A model generated the notes under the pieces. It saw nothing but the letters and a program-made list of their open reading frames with translations. It was not told the DNA's origin and did no database searches. This document shows, one piece after another, positions 26,059-32,000 of a stretch of DNA of 32,000 nucleotides (positions within the stretch are counted from its first letter, which is position 1; every line of letters begins with the position of its first letter). Made by a program: the position numbers and the translations under genes. The DNA comes from Bacillus subtilis subsp. subtilis str. 168 (GTDB lineage: Bacteria > Bacillota > Bacilli > Bacillales > Bacillaceae): assembly GCF_000009045.1 (NCBI RefSeq), contig NC_000964.3, positions 450,001 to 482,000 on the forward strand, read 5' to 3'.

Positions 26059-26493
26059 ATGAAACTTGACCAGATTGATCTGAATATCATTGAGGAGCTG
26101 AAGAAGGACAGCCGTTTGTCGATGAGGGAATTAGGCAGAAAAATTAAGCTGTCGCCTCCATCTGTAACAGAACGGGTAAGACAGCTTGAATCGTTTGGCA
26201 TCATCAAGCAATACACGCTGGAGGTCGACCAGAAAAAACTGGGGCTTCCCGTTTCCTGCATTGTGGAAGCAACCGTTAAAAACGCGGATTATGAGCGGTT
26301 CAAAAGCTATATTCAAACATTGCCGAATATTGAATTTTGCTACCGGATTGCGGGTGCAGCCTGCTATATGCTGAAAATCAATGCCGAAAGCCTCGAAGCG
26401 GTAGAAGATTTCATTAACAAAACATCGCCCTACGCGCAAACCGTCACTCACGTCATTTTCTCAGAAATTGACACGAAAAACGGGCGCGGTTAG
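26059..26493 (+). CDS. lrpC: Lrp/AsnC-family DNA-binding/DNA-wrapping protein
   Basis: Start placed at ATG 26059, with AAGAAGGA upstream, giving 144 aa. AsnC HTH (RLSMRELGRKIKLSPPSVTERVRQLE) plus a RAM domain. The ORF-track 5' extension from 25798 overlaps ydzA and the promoter, so it is rejected. Confidence 0.92.
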   Translation: MKLDQIDLNIIEELKKDSRLSMRELGRKIKLSPPSVTERVRQLESFGIIKQYTLEVDQKKLGLPVSCIVEATVKNADYERFKSYIQTLPNIEFCYRIAGAACYMLKINAESLEAVEDFINKTSPYAQTVTHVIFSEIDTKNGRG

Positions 26494-26510
26494 AGAGTGC
26501 CGCGCGAAGT

Positions 26511-26525
26511 CTGTTATAATAACAG
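26511..26525. promoter_or_regulatory. palindrome ctgttat-a-ataacag containing an extended -10 (TGTTATAAT) upstream of topB
   Basis: TGTTATAAT spans 26512-26520. The 7-bp arms at 26511-26517 and 26519-25 are perfectly complementary. No good -35 is present. Confidence 0.35.
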
Positions 26526-26557
26526 GATGAGCGTGAAAGAAAGAGAAGTGATCAAGC

Positions 26558-28741
26558 ATGTCAAAAACAGTTGTATTAGCTGAAAAACCTTCAGTCGGCC
26601 GGGATTTAGCCCGGGTACTGAAGTGCCATAAAAAAGGAAACGGTTATCTCGAAGGCGATCAATATATTGTGACTTGGGCTTTAGGCCATTTGGTGACGCT
26701 TGCTGATCCGGAAGGCTACGGAAAAGAATTTCAATCATGGCGCCTAGAGGATCTGCCGATTATCCCAGAACCCTTGAAGCTTGTGGTGATAAAAAAAACC
26801 GGAAAGCAGTTCAATGCAGTCAAATCCCAGCTTACCCGTAAAGACGTCAATCAGATTGTCATCGCGACTGACGCAGGCCGGGAAGGTGAGCTTGTTGCGC
26901 GCTGGATCATTGAGAAAGCGAATGTCCGAAAACCAATCAAGCGGCTGTGGATTTCATCTGTGACGGATAAAGCGATCAAGGAAGGTTTTCAAAAGCTGCG
27001 CAGCGGCAAAGAATATGAAAACCTGTACCATTCTGCCGTCGCCAGAGCGGAAGCGGATTGGATTGTGGGGATCAACGCCACCCGTGCACTTACCACAAAA
27101 TTCAATGCCCAGCTCTCATGCGGGCGTGTGCAGACTCCGACGCTTGCCATGATTGCAAAGCGCGAGGCAGACATTCAGGCGTTTACGCCCGTTCCGTATT
27201 ACGGCATACGTGCTGCAGTCGACGGCATGACGCTGACGTGGCAGGATAAGAAATCAAAGCAGACGAGAACGTTCAATCAAGATGTAACAAGCCGTTTGCT
27301 AAAAAATCTCCAAGGAAAGCAAGCGGTCGTAGCTGAGCTGAAAAAAACAGCGAAAAAAAGCTTTGCGCCTGCGCTTTATGATTTAACGGAGCTCCAGCGT
27401 GACGCCCACAAGCGCTTCGGTTTTTCTGCCAAAGAAACGCTTTCTGTCCTGCAGAAGCTATATGAGCAGCATAAGCTCGTCACATATCCGCGGACGGACT
27501 CTAGATTTTTATCCAGTGACATCGTCCCGACGTTAAAAGACCGTCTGGAAGGCATGGAAGTAAAACCGTATGCCCAATATGTCAGCCAAATTAAAAAACG
27601 CGGCATTAAATCTCATAAAGGATATGTCAATGACGCGAAGGTGTCAGACCACCACGCGATTATCCCGACCGAAGAGCCGCTCGTTCTCAGCAGTCTGAGT
27701 GATAAAGAACGAAAGCTGTATGACCTGATTGCGAAACGTTTCCTGGCTGTATTAATGCCTGCATTCGAATATGAGGAAACAAAGGTCATCGCAGAAATCG
27801 GCGGAGAAACCTTTACGGCGAAAGGCAAAACCGTGCAGTCGCAAGGGTGGAAAGCCGTTTATGATATGGCGGAAGAGGATGATGAGCAGGAGGATGACAG
27901 AGATCAGACACTTCCTGCGCTTCAAAAAGGCGACACACTTGCCGTCCGCACGTTAACGGAAACAAGCGGCCAAACGAAGCCGCCTGCCCGCTTTAATGAA
28001 GGGACCTTGCTGTCAGCGATGGAAAACCCAAGCGCGTTTATGCAGGGAGAAGAAAAAGGCCTCGTCAAAACGCTTGGAGAAACAGGCGGCCTCGGCACGG
28101 TGGCAACGCGTGCCGACATTATTGAAAAACTGTTCAACAGCTTTTTAATCGAGAAAAAAGGCCAAGATATTTTTATCACATCTAAAGGAAAACAGCTCCT
28201 GCAGCTTGTTCCGGAGGATCTGAAATCACCGGCCTTAACAGCAGAATGGGAGCAAAAGCTGTCTGCGATCGCGGCCGGCAAATTGAAATCGGCTGTTTTT
28301 ATTAAAGATATGAAGGCTTACGCTCACCAAACGGTAAAAGAAATCAAAAACAGCAGCCAAACCTTCCGACATGACAACATTACGGGAACGGCATGTCCGG
28401 AATGCGGCAAAATGATGCTGAAAGTAAACGGCAAACGCGGGACGATGCTCGTGTGCCAAGATCGTGAATGCGGAAGCAGAAAAACGATTGCCCGAAAAAC
28501 AAACGCACGCTGCCCAAATTGCCATAAAAGAATGGAGCTTCGCGGCCAAGGCGAGGGCCAAACCTTTGCGTGTGTGTGCGGTCACCGTGAAAAGCTCTCT
28601 GTATTTGAAAAACGAAAAAACAAAGACAAAGCGCGTGCTACCAAACGGGACGTATCCTCTTATATGAAAAAACAAAATAAAGATGAGCCGATTAACAACG
28701 CGCTGGCAGAACAGCTGAAAAAACTCGGTTTGGATAAATAA
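26558..28741 (+). CDS. topB: DNA topoisomerase III (type IA) with C-terminal Cys4 zinc ribbons
   Basis: Toprim region (VVLAEKPS, IATDAGREGE) and the active-site Tyr motif LVTYPRTDS. The C-terminus carries CPECG...CQDREC and CPNC...CVC. 727 aa. Confidence 0.95.
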   Translation: MSKTVVLAEKPSVGRDLARVLKCHKKGNGYLEGDQYIVTWALGHLVTLADPEGYGKEFQSWRLEDLPIIPEPLKLVVIKKTGKQFNAVKSQLTRKDVNQIVIATDAGREGELVARWIIEKANVRKPIKRLWISSVTDKAIKEGFQKLRSGKEYENLYHSAVARAEADWIVGINATRALTTKFNAQLSCGRVQTPTLAMIAKREADIQAFTPVPYYGIRAAVDGMTLTWQDKKSKQTRTFNQDVTSRLLKNLQGKQAVVAELKKTAKKSFAPALYDLTELQRDAHKRFGFSAKETLSVLQKLYEQHKLVTYPRTDSRFLSSDIVPTLKDRLEGMEVKPYAQYVSQIKKRGIKSHKGYVNDAKVSDHHAIIPTEEPLVLSSLSDKERKLYDLIAKRFLAVLMPAFEYEETKVIAEIGGETFTAKGKTVQSQGWKAVYDMAEEDDEQEDDRDQTLPALQKGDTLAVRTLTETSGQTKPPARFNEGTLLSAMENPSAFMQGEEKGLVKTLGETGGLGTVATRADIIEKLFNSFLIEKKGQDIFITSKGKQLLQLVPEDLKSPALTAEWEQKLSAIAAGKLKSAVFIKDMKAYAHQTVKEIKNSSQTFRHDNITGTACPECGKMMLKVNGKRGTMLVCQDRECGSRKTIARKTNARCPNCHKRMELRGQGEGQTFACVCGHREKLSVFEKRKNKDKARATKRDVSSYMKKQNKDEPINNALAEQLKKLGLDK

Positions 28742-28744
28742 TAA

Positions 28745-28775
28745 AAAAACCTGTGCCTATCGCACAGGTTTTTTA
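28745..28775 (+). terminator. Rho-independent terminator of lrpC-topB
   Basis: aaaaacctgtgc (28745-28756) pairs with gcacaggttttt (28762-28773), T-run to 28774. Confidence 0.88.
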
Positions 28776-28943
28776 TTGGACTTAGGTCCTGTTTTCTTAA
28801 TGTTCAAAAAGGGAAAAAAAAGCTAGCAATCTGCATTTTTTTTCTTTTATAGTAAATGTACTTTGTAACATGGCAGTCATATTTTCGTCTATAACTATTT
28901 GTGAGCGTCTGATTTGCTTCAGGCGACAAAGGGGGATTTGCCT

Positions 28944-30032
28944 GTGAGGCATGTACTAATTGCTGTCATCTTATTCTTCTTATCTATCGGACTTTCCGCA
29001 GGGTGTGCTGAAGCTGGAAACAAGACCCAAAATCAGTCGGCGACAGAAGTGAATGCCAGCCCGCTCCAGCCGGCGGAATATTTCATCTATCACAATTTAA
29101 TGAATGACAAAGGGCTGATCAAAACCGATTTTTCAGACCAGCCTTCTTACTTGTCGGAATCTCTCGGACTGTGGATGGAGTTTCTGCTCAGCAAAAATGA
29201 CGCACCACATTTCCAGGATCAATATCAGCATCTGACTGATTCATTTCTGATGAGCAATCACTTGGTGACGTGGAAGATTCAAAATGGCCAAGCGAGCGGG
29301 ACGAATGCGCTGATAGATGATATGAGAATTATGCTGTCTCTTGACCAAGCCGCCGCAAAATGGGGCCGCAGCGACTACGCGCAAACGGCTAGGGATATCG
29401 GCACGTCTTTGAAGACATACAATATGAACAACGGGTTTTTTACAGACTTTTACGACTCACAGGCCGCTTCAAAGGATGTGACGCTTTCATACGTCATGCC
29501 TGATGCCTTAGCTGTCTTAAAGAAGAATGGAATCATAGACGAAGAAACAGAACAGCGGAATGCCAATGTTCTCTATTCAGCTCCTTTAAAAAATGGCTTT
29601 CTGCCGAAGACATACAGCTCGGAGACGAAGGAATACACATATGATAGTGAAATCAACCTGATTGATCAGCTTTACGCTGCTTGGCATTTGCCGGAAGGGG
29701 ATGAAAAAGCATCTGTTTTAGCGGACTGGATCAAGCAGGAATTTCAGAAAAACGGAAAGCTGTACGGGCGGTATTCGGCATATACGAAGGAGCCTGCCGT
29801 CCAATATGAGTCTCCATCCGTATATGCCTTAGCCGTATTGTTTTTGACAAAACAGCATGAAAACAGTTCTGTCATCAAAGCCATATATGATAGAATGAAT
29901 GACTTTGAAATTCATGATCCGGTGAAATCGTATTATGGAGGCTATATGAGCGGCACTCAGACGCATTCATTTGACAATCTGCTGCCGCTGTTAGCCGAAA
30001 GGAAGCTTTTTAATGAAAATATCATTCAGTGA
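28944..30032 (+). CDS. ydaJ: lipoprotein, glycoside hydrolase family 8-like (BcsZ-like) component of the yda EPS operon
   Basis: Start placed at GTG 28944, with AAAGGGGGA 8 nt upstream, giving 362 aa; the ORF-track TTG 28914 is rejected. Signal peptide with lipobox LSAGC. Confidence 0.88.
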   Translation: MRHVLIAVILFFLSIGLSAGCAEAGNKTQNQSATEVNASPLQPAEYFIYHNLMNDKGLIKTDFSDQPSYLSESLGLWMEFLLSKNDAPHFQDQYQHLTDSFLMSNHLVTWKIQNGQASGTNALIDDMRIMLSLDQAAAKWGRSDYAQTARDIGTSLKTYNMNNGFFTDFYDSQAASKDVTLSYVMPDALAVLKKNGIIDEETEQRNANVLYSAPLKNGFLPKTYSSETKEYTYDSEINLIDQLYAAWHLPEGDEKASVLADWIKQEFQKNGKLYGRYSAYTKEPAVQYESPSVYALAVLFLTKQHENSSVIKAIYDRMNDFEIHDPVKSYYGGYMSGTQTHSFDNLLPLLAERKLFNENIIQ

Positions 30033-30864
30033 ATCACAAAAATTATTTGCTTATTTTTCAGGGCTCATCGCGGCCCTGTCTTTGTTTATTTATTATGTGT
30101 CAGCCCAGCAATCAGAAGGTGCTCTGATCCTTTGCATCACATTTGGCGTCATCGCCGCAGGCATCTGGTTCGGCCCGATTTACGCGCTGGCAGTGACCTT
30201 AATCGTACTCTTTGTTCTCGGCACCTTAATGATGTTTTTCCAGACTGGACAGACATCGCTCTTTCCGGCTGAGGAAGGGCTGCGAATGCTTGTCGTGTGG
30301 GGAATCGCGCTTTTGCTGTTTTCTTTTATTTCTGGAAGAATCCACGATATTACAGCAGAGCTTCGGCGCTCAATGACACGGCTTCAATCCGAAATTAAAA
30401 GCTATGTTGCTGTTGACAGAGTGACTGGTTTTGATAACAAGCAAAGGATGAAGCTGGAACTTTCAGAAGAAATCAAGCGGGCGGAGCGCTACGGCAATTC
30501 TTTTGTGTTTTTGCTGCTCCATATGCATTATTTCAAAGAGTTTAAGTCTTTGTACGGTGAAAAAGAAACGGACCGCCTCTTCCAATATGTCGGTCAGCAA
30601 ATCAGGACAAGCGTTCGGGAAACGGATAAGAAATTCCGTCCCTCTGACGAGCGTATCGGGATCGTGCTGACGCACACGCCTGCTGAACATATGCCGGCCG
30701 TTCTGACTAAGCTGAAGAAACAATTGGATACATATCAGCTGGAAAATGGAAAGTATGTGTCGCTTACGTTCCACGTTTGCTATTTGCCCTACCGCAACGA
30801 TATCCAAACAGCTGATCAATTTTTAGAAGAACTGGAAAACGAGATGATGATGAATGAACTATAA
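30013..30864 (+). CDS. ydaK: membrane protein with degenerate GGDEF domain (c-di-GMP receptor)
   Basis: The ATG overlaps the ydaJ 3' end by 20 nt, with GAAAGGAAG 7 nt upstream. Four N-terminal TM helices. In the GGDEF fold the signature is replaced by SDERI and the RETD I-site is retained 5 residues upstream. 283 aa. Confidence 0.92.
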   Translation: MKISFSESQKLFAYFSGLIAALSLFIYYVSAQQSEGALILCITFGVIAAGIWFGPIYALAVTLIVLFVLGTLMMFFQTGQTSLFPAEEGLRMLVVWGIALLLFSFISGRIHDITAELRRSMTRLQSEIKSYVAVDRVTGFDNKQRMKLELSEEIKRAERYGNSFVFLLLHMHYFKEFKSLYGEKETDRLFQYVGQQIRTSVRETDKKFRPSDERIGIVLTHTPAEHMPAVLTKLKKQLDTYQLENGKYVSLTFHVCYLPYRNDIQTADQFLEELENEMMMNEL

Positions 30865-32000
30865 AGGAATCACATTGCTATGCGTCATGATGCTTCTATT
30901 TTCAGCTATTGCGTCTTTTCCCGTTTCTGCGCAAGCGAAAGATCAGGATGCCGGCATTCTCATCATCTACTCAACCTTGGACGGCAAAGAGTCGTCACAA
31001 GTCAAAATGCTCGATTTGCTTGCGGGCCACTTTACATCCCATGTGACAGTCAAAAAAGATTCAGACGTTGAAGCGTCGGATTTCAAAGGGAAAGACCATG
31101 TGATTTATTACGGCCAAACGAAAAGAAAGCTCAGCCAAAAATTGCTGTCTCTTATCAGCGGCGTGAAAAAACCGGTTGTCGCCATTGGCTATAACGCAGG
31201 CCAAATCAGCCAATTTTCTGGGCTTTCATTAGCCCGCAAAGAAAATGTGTTTCAGGTTCACAGCAGGTCAGAAAAGGCCGATGTGTCTCTGGAAAGCGGG
31301 CTTAACGTGCTGAGTGTATCAGGCCTGAAAGGAACGGCGCTTTACACCTTCAAAGCGGATGAAGGCACAACGCATTCTTTTATATGGAAAACAAAAAAAG
31401 GGAATGTGTACATTGGATTAACAAATTTGTTAAATGACAATTTGATCGTGGCGAAACAGCTCAGAGAAGCTTTCGGAGAGAAGGCGGGGACGACGTTATT
31501 GTATTTGCGTCTCGAGGATATCAGCCCGATGTCTGATGAAAAACTGCTGCTTCAAGCCGGTACATACCTGCATAAGCGGCATATTCCTTTTATCCTGGCG
31601 GTCATTCCGGTTTACTTGAATCCGGAAACAGGCGACAAAGTGTATTTGTCTAATCAACCGAAGATGGTCAAGGTGCTGAAGAAGCTGCAAAGCATGGGCG
31701 GCAGTATCATAGTTCACGGCTATACTCACGCTTATCGCTACAGTGAAACAGGAGAGGGATTTGAATTTTGGGATGCAAAGGCGGATCAGCCGATTACATC
31801 CGGAAATGCCGAAGACCCCCCGTCCATTTTGGAGAAAGAACAGGACTTCCCGAACGAACAAGCCTATCACAGCTATCTTGAACCATTTCGGGAAAAGGAA
31901 GAAACGTATACAAAACAAAAACTGACGCGTGCCATTGAGGATTTGACATCATCGGGTCTTTACCCGCTGGCGTTTGAAGCGCCGCATTACACGATGTCCG
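30854..32000 (+). CDS. ydaL: secreted DUF2334 / polysaccharide-deacetylase-like protein, N-terminal 382 codons (3'-truncated by window edge)
   Basis: Not in the ORF track because no stop falls inside the window. I translated it by hand from ATG 30854, which overlaps ydaK by 11 nt, and the frame stays open to position 32000. Signal peptide MNYKGITLLCVMMLLFSAIASFPVSAQA. DUF2334-like LRLEDISP...IVHGYTH. Confidence 0.85.
   Translation, partial: MNYKGITLLCVMMLLFSAIASFPVSAQAKDQDAGILIIYSTLDGKESSQVKMLDLLAGHFTSHVTVKKDSDVEASDFKGKDHVIYYGQTKRKLSQKLLSLISGVKKPVVAIGYNAGQISQFSGLSLARKENVFQVHSRSEKADVSLESGLNVLSVSGLKGTALYTFKADEGTTHSFIWKTKKGNVYIGLTNLLNDNLIVAKQLREAFGEKAGTTLLYLRLEDISPMSDEKLLLQAGTYLHKRHIPFILAVIPVYLNPETGDKVYLSNQPKMVKVLKKLQSMGGSIIVHGYTHAYRYSETGEGFEFWDAKADQPITSGNAEDPPSILEKEQDFPNEQAYHSYLEPFREKEETYTKQKLTRAIEDLTSSGLYPLAFEAPHYTMS

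Noticed and set aside
30880-31071. A 63-aa plus-strand ORF listed in the track inside the ydaL region.
   Set aside because: It is out of frame with the long open ydaL frame, which begins at 30854 with a signal peptide and stays open to the window end.

Overview
This window is chromosomal core genome of a Bacillus subtilis-group Firmicute. From the protein sequences and gene order I recognise it, from memory and with no database search, as the mtlA-to-ydaL interval of B. subtilis 168. I support 31 protein-coding genes. I saw no rRNA, tRNA, CRISPR array, IS element or prophage signature.

Gene content, left to right:
- 3' end of the mannitol PTS operon (mtlA', mtlF, mtlD)
- ycsA (tartrate dehydrogenase-like) and sipU (signal peptidase I)
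- yczH (minus strand, hydrolase) and ycsD (FabZ-like)
- a 54-aa minus-strand ORF absent from the ORF track (probably yczO)
- ycsE (HAD phosphatase)
- the seven-gene pxpA-ycsG-ycsI-kipI-kipA-kipR-lipC operon
- yczI, yczJ (minus strand), pbpC and ycsN
- mtlR, which is unlinked from its operon
- ydaB and ydaC (minus strand)
- general-stress genes ydaD-ydaE and ydaG, with ydaF between them
- amj (ydaH) and ydzA (minus strand)
- lrpC-topB
- the first three genes of the ydaJKLMN exopolysaccharide operon; ydaL runs off the window edge and is missing from the ORF track

Several ORF-track N-termini are over-extended, so I re-placed starts using Shine-Dalgarno spacing.

Most worth a second look:
- the c-di-GMP-type EPS operon, where YdaK has a degenerate GGDEF active site but an intact RxxD I-site
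- the pxp/kip cluster, which carries an NRAMP-fold transporter lacking the metal-binding residues and a D-glutamate-cyclase-family gene
- a perfect 10-bp inverted repeat just downstream of the pxpA promoter
- a 505-bp ydaG-amj intergenic region holding an orphan strong terminator that may mark an sRNA or leader
- the unlisted small ORF

All promoter and operator calls are motif readings by eye and are unverified.
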